Assembly (NCBI GenBank): GCA_963768855.1 | Contig: CAVYJM010000008.1 | Location: 1-64,000 of the forward strand | Length of the DNA stretch: 64,000 nucleotides | Origin: an uncultured Thermoplasmata archaeon | GTDB lineage: Archaea; Thermoplasmatota; Thermoplasmata; RBG-16-68-12 | Direction of reading: 5' to 3' | Part shown: piece by piece, positions 47,939-57,846 of the stretch | Layout: each line of letters opens with the position of its first letter | How positions within the stretch are numbered: the first letter of the stretch is position 1 | Position numbers and translations under genes: made by a program | Notes under the pieces: generated by a model | What the model saw: only the letters and a program-made list of their open reading frames with translations | The model's database searches: none | What the model was told of the DNA's origin: nothing

Positions 47939-49099
47939 GTGGTTCGGCGAGGGGTGCCCGATGAAGCGTCGAGGCTGTACCTGCGCCTCGCCTACTCTCT
48001 GGATCGCCGATCCCGCAAGAAGGACGGCACCCGCCTCGTCCCCTGGGACCTGGATCCGGTGCGGCTGCCGCCGCTGAGGACGTGGCCGGACGTCGACGAG
48101 GCGCACCGCCGCTTGGTTTCGCTGACCCGGCGCATGCCGAACGGGTTCCGACGGGAGTGGCTCCAGGACCACCTGCCGACGCTCCGGGCGCTGATTGCGA
48201 TGGTCCAGGGGCACGTCCCGGACCTCCCCCACCAGGTGCGCGAGTTCTACTCGCTCCCGGCCCGCCCCGCCAAGGAGGAGGAGCTCGAGAGCCTGCGGGT
48301 CCGCGTGCGGCGCGTGCTCCACGTGTCCCGGGACGACGAGGTGCGCGCGGCCGTGGAGGCCTGGGAGAAGGACCACCGAGTCCCCTCCGATGCGGTCCTC
48401 CTCACCATGGACAAATACCTGCGCCAAGCGCGCCAGGGGTCGCGGCGGCTCTTCGAACTTCCGCGGACGGAGCGCGTCCGGCTCGTGCCCATGCGCCGCA
48501 GCCGGAACAGCGGGTACTGCCTGTACACCCCGGAATACCAGAGCCAGGTCAAGCTGAACACGACGCTGCCCTGGACCTGGCCGGCCCTCCGCGACATGGC
48601 GACCCACGAGGCCTACCCGGGCCACCATGTACACCAGACCACGCGGGAGTTCGAGTACCTCCAGGGAGACTTCCCCCGCGAGGCCGCGGTCAGCATGGCC
48701 GCGGACCCGATGGGCCCCGTCGAGGAGGGCCTCGCGGAGAACGGGCTCGTCTTCATCCACTGGGACCGGACGAAGGAGGACCGGCTCACGCTGCTGCTGA
48801 ACCGGCTGCGCTGGGGGACGGAGGTCAACTTGGCCTGGATGGTCCACCGCGAGGAGCCGCGGCGAGAGCTCCTCCACTATGCGATGCACTCCGGTCTCGT
48901 GGACTGGCAGCAGGCCGTGCGCGACGTGAAGTACGCCGGGAACCGGGCGTGGGCCTCCTACGCGTTCTGCTATTGGTACGGGACCGCGATGATCCGCCGG
49001 AAGTACGAAAGCATGGACGGCGATCCGACCTTCTTCGACGTGCTCTACTGGAAACCGTACACCGTCCGCCTCCTCGAGAAGGCGTTCCGCCGCATCTGA
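47939..49099 (+). CDS. DUF885-like putative metallopeptidase-fold protein
   Basis: ATHEAYPGHH motif and downstream EEG.AE. Confidence 0.75.
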   Translation: MVRRGVPDEASRLYLRLAYSLDRRSRKKDGTRLVPWDLDPVRLPPLRTWPDVDEAHRRLVSLTRRMPNGFRREWLQDHLPTLRALIAMVQGHVPDLPHQVREFYSLPARPAKEEELESLRVRVRRVLHVSRDDEVRAAVEAWEKDHRVPSDAVLLTMDKYLRQARQGSRRLFELPRTERVRLVPMRRSRNSGYCLYTPEYQSQVKLNTTLPWTWPALRDMATHEAYPGHHVHQTTREFEYLQGDFPREAAVSMAADPMGPVEEGLAENGLVFIHWDRTKEDRLTLLLNRLRWGTEVNLAWMVHREEPRRELLHYAMHSGLVDWQQAVRDVKYAGNRAWASYAFCYWYGTAMIRRKYESMDGDPTFFDVLYWKPYTVRLLEKAFRRI

Positions 49100-49106
49100 G
49101 GCCGAT

Positions 49107-50099
49107 TCAGGCGGGCGGCCCCTCGTCGCGGAATCCATGGGCCAGCTCGGCGACGTAGTCCTTGGCCGGGACGAACCCGTACGTGCAGATCCCGACGACC
49201 ACCCCGCTCGTTGGCGCCGCGACCGCCTCAAGCTCCCTCCCCAGGAGGTCCGTGACCTGGCCGAGGGTCGCGCCGCTTCGGACCGAGGCGGCGGGCTCGA
49301 CCTCGCGACGCCACAATCCCTCGCGGCGGTTCCGGATGATCGTGAATCCCTCGAACACCTGGTACGACGGGAGGAGACGGGGCGACCCGGCGACGACGCC
49401 GACATGGGCCAGCGCGCCGCGGACGGCGGCCGCCATGGAATCGATCCACGTGGGCTCGGCCTTCCCTTCTCCCGCCATCTCGATGAGGACGGCCGGTTTG
49501 CCCTTCCGCGCCGCGGCCGTGATCAGAGCGCCCTCCAGGATCGATCCCTGATGCGCCCAGATGTATCGGAGGCCACAGGCCTTGGCCAAGTCCGAGGACG
49601 CATCGTCCACGGGCTGGCCCGTCCGCGGGTACGCCGTAAATGGCTCCTGCATGAAGCGGTTCCCGCCGCTGTGAAGGTCGACGACGAACTGGCTCCGGCC
49701 AAGCAGTTCGATCGCCGCCCACGAGGTCAGGTGTGAGGCCGCGGTTCCCTCGGAGTCGGGCTCCCAGATGCGGTTGAGGTCGGCGGGCCGGTCCGGATCC
49801 TCCCGCTGCATCGCCCGGATTCCACCGGGGTTCAGCGCAGGAGTCAGGATCAGGCGCCCCCGGACGGCGGCCGGGTCCAGCTCCCGGAGCAGCCGGACGA
49901 CCGTGGCGGGACCGAGGTACTCGTCCCCGTGGAGCGCCGCATTGACCCAGACCGTGGGCCCGGAAGTGGCGCCCTGCAAGACCGCAAGGGGGATCGCGAG
50001 CCGCGGTCCGCTCGACTCGCGAGGCAATTCGACACTCCCGAGTCGCTTGCCGACGCCGCCGTCGAGGATGTCGTCGGAATCCACAGGTCTCCCGCCCAC
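49107..50099 (-). CDS. Succinylglutamate desuccinylase/aspartoacylase family (M14-type)
   Basis: AALHGDEYLG, LNP.G, DLNR, VDLHSG, VLIEMAG, C-terminal biotinyl-like domain. The start is approximate. Confidence 0.88.
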   Translation of the reverse strand: MGGRPVDSDDILDGGVGKRLGSVELPRESSGPRLAIPLAVLQGATSGPTVWVNAALHGDEYLGPATVVRLLRELDPAAVRGRLILTPALNPGGIRAMQREDPDRPADLNRIWEPDSEGTAASHLTSWAAIELLGRSQFVVDLHSGGNRFMQEPFTAYPRTGQPVDDASSDLAKACGLRYIWAHQGSILEGALITAAARKGKPAVLIEMAGEGKAEPTWIDSMAAAVRGALAHVGVVAGSPRLLPSYQVFEGFTIIRNRREGLWRREVEPAASVRSGATLGQVTDLLGRELEAVAAPTSGVVVGICTYGFVPAKDYVAELAHGFRDEGPPA

Positions 50100-50402
50100 G
50101 TTCCGGTTCGCGCGGGGAACGGGCGTGGCGGCATGAAGGTTGCCGCGATGCGGCCGTCCATGGAGGGAATGGCCTGGAACCACACTACGGCCGAGGATGT
50201 CAAATTGTGACGCATCCGTGCGGCCGCGAAACACACTTCGTGACAACCGTTTACAAAGGACTATAGCCTTGCGCCGCATTCCGTCAAGTACAAGCATCCC
50301 TCCACAACGAGGCGCCCGGGCTTGTCGGCGAGCAATCGCCGCCGGGCTGCCTCCTTTATTATTGACCCAGGGCCCGGCGCAAGCCTTCCCCGGCGGCAAT
50401 CC

Positions 50403-50423
50403 ACCGAAACCTTTCAATCCTCC
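50403..50423 (+). promoter_or_regulatory. BRE/TATA-like promoter motif ACCGAAACCTTTCAATCCTCC
   Basis: 20/21 identical to the reverse complement of 1262..1282, with the same 31-nt spacing to the start codon. Confidence 0.7.
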
Positions 50424-50454
50424 GAGGCCGGTCCTTGTCGGAACGAGGACATCC

Positions 50455-51066
50455 ATGGCGGTCTGCCCGAACTGCGGCCACAGCAAGTTCCTGCTCGCAC
50501 CGCTGAGCTGCGACGGATGCCGCAAAGTCGGCTGCGAGCGCTGCCTGGGCGTCTACGCTCACACCTACCCCGTTGCTGGCCGTCCCCCGATCGCGCACCG
50601 CATCTGCTCTTGGGAGTGCTTCGACCGCCTCGCCTCCTACAACATCGGCCGCGGGCTGACGATGGCCTCCTCGGGCGGCGCGTGGTACATCGGCAGCTAT
50701 CAGCTCGTCCCGCGGGCGGCGCAGCGCGCGGTGCGCATCCGGGCCCAGAACTACGTCCTCGCGGAACGCCACGAGGACGCTGCGCGCCTCTACGAGAGCG
50801 TCGGCATGTGGAAGGAAGCGGGCGACACGCGGCGCCTCAAGGCCCGTCAGGTCGTCACCCAGATCCACGTGAACGTGAACGACCTCGTGAGCCAGCTGAG
50901 GGCCATGGGCGTGACCGCGACGTACACGTGCCCGGCATGTCACAGCCCCATCGAGATCACGCCCGACACGAAGCCCGACGCGCTCGCGAAGTGCGCGTAC
51001 TGCGGCGCGGTCATTCTGCCGACGGACCTGATCCAGGCCATCTCCAAGGTCGTCGGCTTGCGCTGA
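50455..51066 (+). CDS. Multi-zinc-finger protein, paralog of 478..1230
   Basis: MAVCPNCG..CDGC..CERC..CSWEC; AERHEDAARLYESVGMWKEAG; CPAC..CAYC. Confidence 0.9.
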   Translation: MAVCPNCGHSKFLLAPLSCDGCRKVGCERCLGVYAHTYPVAGRPPIAHRICSWECFDRLASYNIGRGLTMASSGGAWYIGSYQLVPRAAQRAVRIRAQNYVLAERHEDAARLYESVGMWKEAGDTRRLKARQVVTQIHVNVNDLVSQLRAMGVTATYTCPACHSPIEITPDTKPDALAKCAYCGAVILPTDLIQAISKVVGLR

Positions 51067-51091
51067 GGGCCGCAGCCCACCGGCCCGGGCT

Positions 51092-52060
51092 CTACCACAG
51101 GGAGAACGCGGGGCGCTCCCCGTTGATGACCTGTCCCGTGGAGCCGTCGATCAGGATGAACATCTGCTTCCCCTTGTGGGCATACTGCATGAACCAGACG
51201 GGGATGTGCACGAGCTCGCCGTCGAAGCTCGTGGGATTCACGTTGATCGACTGCAGGTTGTCCACGCGGGAACGGGCCTGTTTCTCCGCGAGCTGGTGGG
51301 CGAAGGAGCCGGCCTGACCCTTGGCCTCCGCCTCGGAGACATCACCGCTCTGGACCTCGACGCCGCCGGTCTGGCGCTTGTCGAAGTTCGCCTTGCCCTG
51401 GAGCTGGAACTGGAATCCCTCCTTGGGCTGGTACTGGTTGTACCCGCGGACTGCGACGACCGGGATGTTCTGCTGGAACTGGATTCGGTCGTGAACGGGC
51501 ACCTGCTCCGTGATCGTTGTCCACTGTCCGTTCCGCTGGACCGACTTCGACACGTTCTTCGTCCCCGAGAACTCCGCCACGACGGACGTGGGCACGATCC
51601 AGTACGGGACATACTTCAGGACGACCTGGCCCAGCTCGGACCGTTCCGCCACCTTGCGCCGGAAGAGGCCCTTGTTCAGCCACTGTCCTCCGGCGTTCAT
51701 CGCGCTCTCGTTGTTGAGCTTGTTGTCGAGCATGTAATGCTTCTGGAACACCTCGGCCGTACCGCTGGCGGCCATGGCGGTTACCGCTCCGCAGTACTCG
51801 CATACCACGAGGGCGGTCCCTGCGGAGGGCTGCAACGAGCCGCCGCACGAGTTGCACTTCAGGCTCTGGGGCAGGGGCGGAGGCGCGGCGGGCGCCTGAA
51901 CCGGAGCGACGGATTGCGGGGCCGGGTAGCCCGGAACGCCGGGGGCCATGGGCACGCCCGGTGCGGGTGCCGGCGCCGGGACGACGCCTTGCCGCCCGCC
52001 ACACAGGTTGCAGAATACCGATCCGTCCGCGATCCGGCCGCCACACTGATTGCAGAACAT
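51092..52060 (-). CDS. Zinc-ribbon protein (double Zn ribbon, Pro-rich linker, Zn ribbon, YVPYW domain)
   Basis: CNQC..CNLC, PAPAPAP linker, CNSC..CEYC, YVPYW, HIPVW, IDGSTG. Confidence 0.88.
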   Translation of the reverse strand: MFCNQCGGRIADGSVFCNLCGGRQGVVPAPAPAPGVPMAPGVPGYPAPQSVAPVQAPAAPPPLPQSLKCNSCGGSLQPSAGTALVVCEYCGAVTAMAASGTAEVFQKHYMLDNKLNNESAMNAGGQWLNKGLFRRKVAERSELGQVVLKYVPYWIVPTSVVAEFSGTKNVSKSVQRNGQWTTITEQVPVHDRIQFQQNIPVVAVRGYNQYQPKEGFQFQLQGKANFDKRQTGGVEVQSGDVSEAEAKGQAGSFAHQLAEKQARSRVDNLQSINVNPTSFDGELVHIPVWFMQYAHKGKQMFILIDGSTGQVINGERPAFSLW

Positions 52061-52262
52061 GAATACGCCTCGAGTTCAAGCCTCGTCAGCCGCGGAGGTT
52101 GGCTTAATCATGTTCAGGTGGTTATCCGGGCCCGGATCGACGCTGCCGCCATGCTCCTCCTTTCCACGGGAGCGCCCAGGGCAGGATTCGTTCTTATGGA
52201 GGGTCCGGTACAGATTTCGGGCGTTTCGCGAAACCGTGACCGCGATTGGACTCTCGGCTCCC

Positions 52263-52602
52263 GTCCCAGCATGCCGGGTCTCGTAAGACCCGGCCCTTTC
52301 CCCTTTTCCCGGCGGTTCGCCGTCGTGCGGAGTTGCTCTATACCTGTCAAATCCGCGTCAATGGACGGGTAGTTGCCAGAACTCAAGACCGACGCCTACC
52401 GATGTCCTGTCCCCGCATGAGCCGGGAGACCCCCGGCTCCCTTTCCTCTCTTCCCCCAATGTTTCGCCTTCGCGCGGTTTCGCCCTACATCATCGGAACC
52501 CTGGTCAACGAACAAGGAAATGGCCGGCAGTGACTAGGTGCTGATGCCACGCTTGCCGATGTCCTGTCCTAGCATGAGCCAGGTGCGTCCCGGCTCCCTT
52601 TC
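52263..52602. repeat. Three-unit ~150-nt imperfect tandem array with conserved hairpins
   Basis: 52399..52445 vs 52556..52602 match at 40/47; 52316..52343 vs 52463..52490 match at 20/28. The core GTCCY(A/C)GCATG-hairpin-CCCTTTC starts at 52263, 52409 and 52566. Confidence 0.85.
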
Positions 52603-53466
52603 TCATGTTGTCATCCGTCAAAGCTCACTCAGCCTGGCGCGGCCCAGATCCGCAGGCACTTGGACCCAATCCATAGAAATCGAGGCTCGATCAACTGGAA
52701 TTTAGGATTCGCGGCTCGACGACTCGAGATCGCGTGCGGCGGCATTTTAGCGATGCGTGGGAAGCTTCGACGCCGGCCTGTTCCCTGCTGCCGGGTCACG
52801 AGACCCGCCCCCCTTCCCCATCTTCGTGAACCGGAACGCGCCTCTATGACACTCCTGCCCCTCGCAGGGTCACCGCCTAAGCTTCTTTGGAGCAGTCGTT
52901 CAGGAGGAGTCACACGCGGGGAGGGTCGAAATGCTGCCACGGTCAAAGGATACACCGGAATCGGCCTTCCCGGCAGAGGTGCGGACTCAGCCTGCGAGAC
53001 ATCCGGGCGAAAGAGCGGAGCGGGATTCCCGCCGCCTCCCAACGTACCCTCCGGGGGATGCGAAACCCCTTGGCATGAATCCCTCTGAGGGCCGGATGGG
53101 TGTTGAACCTGGCGGGTCGAATCGTCCTTCGCACTCATGGCCCGGAGGAAGTCGGGATCATCCTCTACAACGGGGTCGGGAGTTGTCGGCGGCTGAACCT
53201 CTAGAATCTCAGTAGGCGTGTGGTAGAAGCCCGAATCGACGACACTATCCGATAGCTGCCAGGGCGGGAGCGAGGCTCCCTGCTGAAACTGGCGCATTGC
53301 TGTACCAGACAGCATCAGTGACCCGCGGCGGGCATCGCTACCAAGACTACGAACCTTCCGACTATGGGCCCCAGTCCCCCATCCCCAGTTGTGCTGCAAA
53401 TGAAATCCCGGAAGCGCAACACGCCGGTCTGCCGACGTTCATCGCCCCATGATGCCAAGGCTTCCC

Positions 53467-54075
53467 TCAGGCTTTCTTGGGTGGCGAAGCTGGCTTTGGC
53501 ATGGTGGAACGTAGGGTCTTCCGCAGCTCGCGCATGCGCCCAAGAAATCGTTCAAACTCAGCTTCTGATGCGGTCATAAGGTACGTGTACTCGAGCAGTT
53601 CCTGCTTGACGAACGGGCCAACGTCCGTGAGCGCGTCAATTCGCTCCGCCCACGAGGAAGCGCTCTCGGGCCCTTTCATGGTCTGCATTATCTGCACCAC
53701 TCGCGTGACCACTGACGGCTCTATGCTTCCTCCGATTCCAAGCCTTCCCAAAGCGCCCAACGCTTCGCTGACCTGTTGCTTCAGGATTTTTCCGCCCCCG
53801 GATTTCCCATGGGTGAGGTTGAACACCTCGGCGGTCGCGCGGTAGTACGTCTCGATGAGGTGGTCCACCCGCTTCTCCCGCGCAATCTCTACCATGTCAA
53901 TGTCCTTCAGCTTGCGGATGTGGTGGTAGATGGCTTGAGGCGTCAGCTTCAACTGCTCCGCGATCTGGGCGACGGTCATCTCCTTCGCCCGGAGGAGATA
54001 GATGATTCGTCTGCGCGTTTCGTCCGCGAGGAGCTGGAAGGCCTCGGGGTCCGTAATCACCTTGAAAGACCGCAC
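53467..54075 (-). CDS. ArsR-family winged-helix transcriptional regulator
   Basis: FQLLADETRRRIIYLL..EMTV.QIA..L..T.QAIYHHI..L; the ORF is open to 54147. Confidence 0.9.
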   Translation of the reverse strand: MRSFKVITDPEAFQLLADETRRRIIYLLRAKEMTVAQIAEQLKLTPQAIYHHIRKLKDIDMVEIAREKRVDHLIETYYRATAEVFNLTHGKSGGGKILKQQVSEALGALGRLGIGGSIEPSVVTRVVQIMQTMKGPESASSWAERIDALTDVGPFVKQELLEYTYLMTASEAEFERFLGRMRELRKTLRSTMPKPASPPKKA

Positions 54076-54990
54076 GCTGCCCTCAAGTTGAATGATATGG
54101 TAGGCCGGCATAAAGCAGTTTCCCTCGCCAGCAGAGAGTCTGCCCAAGCCATTTGCCTCGAGACGCGTTCAACCTCGGTCAGGACAGAGCCTGGGCAGGA
54201 GCGCCGAGAAACATCAACCCGCCGATCCAGCACTGCGCTGCAAGTTAGAGGCGTAGCATCGAAAGCGTTGGCAACGGGATTCCGTCCGCCCAAATCTTCC
54301 GCATCTCGCGAGGCTCTCCCGGCTAGACTCCATCAGGAACTCGTGAGACTTCCTGATAAGACCAGTCGGACAGGTTTCCAGAGCACCGGTGAGCAACCGG
54401 AGAGCGGAAAGCACGGATCTTCTGCTCTTGGCCATAATCATGCTCGCCCTGGCACACTGCGAAACTTGGGCCACGGCTTCGAGTCGCATGGGAACCGTCG
54501 GAGTAGCGGGCGACTTGCAGGGGCACCTTAGAACTTTGGATGGGGCGGCCATTGCCTGCGAGGAGAGCTGTGGGCATAGCGCGGTGGTCGCAAACATAAG
54601 GCCGACGGCAATTCTCGCCCGCCTGTTCGGGGCCTCTGGCGAGCAGTAGGACTTCGTCTTCACTTCGGGTTCGGTCTGTACTGGCCTAATCGAACCGAAG
54701 ATCCCCAATATCCTGGATGAGGAGAGGTGCCGCGCTGGGGGGGCATTCCCCCCGCGACTACGGCACTGGCGGAGCCGAGGCGAGCCACGCTCGACCGCCT
54801 CAAGTGGTCCACAATTGTCCAACGGCGAATCGCCACAGGCGCATGACCGCTGAAGCTTCCCAACGGCAAGGGGTGTGCAAGCCATCGGCGGGGCCAGGGG
54901 CCATGAGGATTGTCCTCGGAGACAATCCCGCTCCAGACACCGGTCTCGTTGGAATTACGGAGCGCTTAAGTAGCCCCATGGAGGTTCTCA

Positions 54991-55779
54991 TTGGGGGGGC
55001 CGGACGTGACACACTGGGCCCGAATCGCGATAGAGCATAAGGATTGCTGGGGAGCCAACCTCGTTTCAGATCCCCGCGTCCGCGATGTGAGGTTTTGGTC
55101 GGGGTTGAAGGTTGACCCGCATCGGGTGCTGGGGAGTATGACTGTGCGGACGAATCGGAAGCTGGACCTGCTGGATTTCAATCCGTACAAGCTAGAGTAC
55201 TGCAGAGCGCGCGAAGCTCAGCTTGATGGCAAAACCTGGCAATACTACGTCGAGTTCATGTTGTATGAGAAGGCGGACGAGACAACCGCCGACATGCTCT
55301 TCCAGGCAGGTTGCCTCTTCCAGCCGCCTGCTATCGTCAGAGGCCGATACGAGCTCCAGACGATGCTTGCTCCGTCTTCAGACAACATTCGCCGTTTGTT
55401 CCGTCTGCTCAAGCGAAATAAGCGTGACTACAAGACGTTAGGCATTCGCGAGGTCGAACCGGGTCCTCGGATGCTGTTCACCGTTGAGGAGAGCGGAATC
55501 CTTACCCCCAAACAGCTCGACGCGATTCGGATAGCTTTCAAGCGAGGCTTCTATAGCTACCCTCGGAAGATCCGAATCTCGGACCTGGCAAAGGAAGCAG
55601 GATCTGCGCGCTCCACCTTCCAAGAACATCTCCGGCTTGCTGAAATAAGGCTGATCACCCACACGTTCCAAACGGAAGATCCATTTAGCGTCTCACCCGT
55701 GCCGGAGGAGCTCGATCGGAAACCTCGACCTAACTCTCGGCGTGCGCACACTTCCAGCAAGCCGACAGAATCGCACTGA
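54991..55779 (+). CDS. HTH-10 (bacterio-opsin activator type) transcriptional regulator
   Basis: LTPKQ...I..AF..GFY.YPRK..I.DLA...G..RST..EHLR.AE. Confidence 0.9.
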   Translation: MGGPDVTHWARIAIEHKDCWGANLVSDPRVRDVRFWSGLKVDPHRVLGSMTVRTNRKLDLLDFNPYKLEYCRAREAQLDGKTWQYYVEFMLYEKADETTADMLFQAGCLFQPPAIVRGRYELQTMLAPSSDNIRRLFRLLKRNKRDYKTLGIREVEPGPRMLFTVEESGILTPKQLDAIRIAFKRGFYSYPRKIRISDLAKEAGSARSTFQEHLRLAEIRLITHTFQTEDPFSVSPVPEELDRKPRPNSRRAHTSSKPTESH

Positions 55780-55878
55780 AGCACCCGGCCATGGCCGGCC
55801 ATAGCGGTAAGAAGGGAGGCAGGATTCGAGTGATGACTTCCATCATTGTGGACCGGATGGTTCAGGGGTGAGACTGGC

Positions 55879-56913
55879 TTGATCTCTAGCTTCCTGAGAT
55901 TCGCGATCAGGAGAATCATCCTAGTAATCCCTGTGTTGTTCGGAATCAGCGTAATCATTTTCATCCTGACAAGATCCATCGGGAATCCAGTCTCTGTCTA
56001 CATTACGAATCCGCAAGGACTGACCCCAGCGGCAATTCAAGAGTTAATCAAGATCCACCATCTTGATCAACCCCTCTACATTCAGTATTTCTACTGGCTC
56101 AGCGACGCATTCCATGGCGATCTCGGATACTCTGTGTCGGCAGGACTGCCGGTAACCGCTGCAATCCTGGCTTTCTTTCCAAACACAATCGAGCTGACGT
56201 CGGTATCACTTGTACTCGCGGTACTCTTTGGAATCGCCTCGGGGAAGTACTCAGCGGTCCACCGGAATCGCCCCGGCGACCATGCACTTCGTGTCGTTGC
56301 GCTGTACGGTGTGTCAACACCGGTTTTCTGGCTTGGCATCCTCTTGCTATATTTCTTCTTCGGCACGCTCGGAATTGCCGCTTTCTCGCCGGGCCCATAC
56401 ACTCAATCCCTGTTTATCAACCATGATATCAAACTCTACACCCGCTTTCTCATCATCGATGCAATCCTCAATGGTGATCCTGCGTTCCTCCTTGACGTGC
56501 TCACTCACCTGCTTCTGCCCGCGCTGGCTCTTTCGTATGCCTCAATGGCCATAATCATGCGAATGATGCGCTCCTCGATGCTGGAAGTGCTCGGCCAGCA
56601 GTATGTTCAGGTCGCCCGGGCCAAAGGGTTGACGTCGAAACAGGTGATCCAACGTCATGTGATGCGCAACGCCATGCTCCCCACCACCACAGTCATCGGG
56701 TTATCCGCAGGGTTTCTGCTAGGTGGTTCGGTTCTTGTTGAGACCGTCTTCAGTTACCCCGGGCTTGGCTTCTGGGCAGCAGCGGCGATCCTTCGACTCG
56801 ATCACGCAGCAGTCGTGGGTCTGGCCCTGTTGGCAGGTATCGTGTACGTTACGATTAACCTCGTGGTGGACATCGCCTACGCCTACTTGGATCCGCGCGT
56901 TTCTCTCGGTTGA
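55879..56913 (+). CDS. oppB: Peptide ABC permease
   Basis: RRIILVIPVLFG, QYV..ARAKGL, RHVMRNA, DIAYAYLDPR. Confidence 0.95.
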   Translation: MISSFLRFAIRRIILVIPVLFGISVIIFILTRSIGNPVSVYITNPQGLTPAAIQELIKIHHLDQPLYIQYFYWLSDAFHGDLGYSVSAGLPVTAAILAFFPNTIELTSVSLVLAVLFGIASGKYSAVHRNRPGDHALRVVALYGVSTPVFWLGILLLYFFFGTLGIAAFSPGPYTQSLFINHDIKLYTRFLIIDAILNGDPAFLLDVLTHLLLPALALSYASMAIIMRMMRSSMLEVLGQQYVQVARAKGLTSKQVIQRHVMRNAMLPTTTVIGLSAGFLLGGSVLVETVFSYPGLGFWAAAAILRLDHAAVVGLALLAGIVYVTINLVVDIAYAYLDPRVSLG

Positions 56914-56919
56914 TTGCCC

Positions 56920-57846
56920 ATGAACCAACGCCTCGCCTCATATGCTAAAGCCCTCCGAGCACGAGCGAAAGGAATGCAGGACATGCTGAAGCTGCTACGC
57001 AAGAATCCGCTTGCAATGATTGGGATAACTATCGCCGTCGTGTTGCTGGCAGTCGCAATCCTCGCGCCCATCCTGGCACCACCCGGGCCTGGAGACCCAT
57101 ACCAAAGGCCTCGAACATGGCTGCAGCCTCAGCCACCAGGAACGCCCGGGCACATCCTCGGAACAGGCGTAAACGGTGCCGACATCTACTATGGGCTGGT
57201 CTGGGGGACCCGCGTTTCTCTGCAAATCTCCTTGTACGTCGTCGGGGCGGCCTTGCTCATTGGCCTCTTGCTGGGGGGCATCGCTGGCTACTTTGGTCGG
57301 TGGATTGACGAGGCCATCATGCGCACTACGGACCTCTTCATCGCGATTCCGGGGTTAATTCTCGCCATGGCGGTCGCGAGTGCCCTGGGCAGGAGCATTC
57401 AGAATATCATGATTGCGTTGATAGTCGTCTGGTGGCCAGCCTATGTCCGAATCTTCAGGAGTCAAGTCCTGGTGACGAAGCAAAGCCAGTATATCGAAGC
57501 TGCAAGATGCTCGGGGGCTTCGTCGTGGCGGATTATTCTCCGCCACATCATTCCGAATTCGGTCGCGCCACTGATGGTACAGGCCTCACTTGACCTTGGT
57601 GTAGCTATCTTGGTGGCCGCCGGGCTTAGCTTTATCGGCTTCGGTGCGTCGCCAGGCTACTCGGAGTGGGGACTCATGATCGCAGAGGGGAGGGACTACA
57701 TCTCGCAAGGATTCTGGTGGATGGTAGTCTTCCCTGGTCTGGCGATTAGCATCTTCGTGCTCGGATTCAACTTGCTCGGCGACGGACTTCGGGATATACT
57801 TGACCCGAAGTTGAGGAGTCTGATGTATGGGGAGATTGCTGCTTAA
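56920..57846 (+). CDS. oppC: Peptide ABC permease
   Basis: HILGTG.NG.DI, YIEAAR..GA, RHI.PN, LLGDGLRDILDP. Confidence 0.95.
   Translation: MNQRLASYAKALRARAKGMQDMLKLLRKNPLAMIGITIAVVLLAVAILAPILAPPGPGDPYQRPRTWLQPQPPGTPGHILGTGVNGADIYYGLVWGTRVSLQISLYVVGAALLIGLLLGGIAGYFGRWIDEAIMRTTDLFIAIPGLILAMAVASALGRSIQNIMIALIVVWWPAYVRIFRSQVLVTKQSQYIEAARCSGASSWRIILRHIIPNSVAPLMVQASLDLGVAILVAAGLSFIGFGASPGYSEWGLMIAEGRDYISQGFWWMVVFPGLAISIFVLGFNLLGDGLRDILDPKLRSLMYGEIAA

Noticed and set aside
52263-52602. CRISPR array or integron attC array
   Set aside because: The units are too long and degenerate for CRISPR repeats, no cas genes are present, and there are no RYYYAAC/GTTRRRY attC ends or cassette ORFs. It is kept as an unexplained repeat instead.
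52629-53399. 256-aa minus-strand ORF
   Set aside because: It is Pro/Arg/Gly-rich with no recognisable motif and competing ORFs on both strands; it cannot be supported as a gene.
54150-54990. Several overlapping ORFs between the two regulators
   Set aside because: No family motif and no consistent coding frame; possibly decayed DNA.
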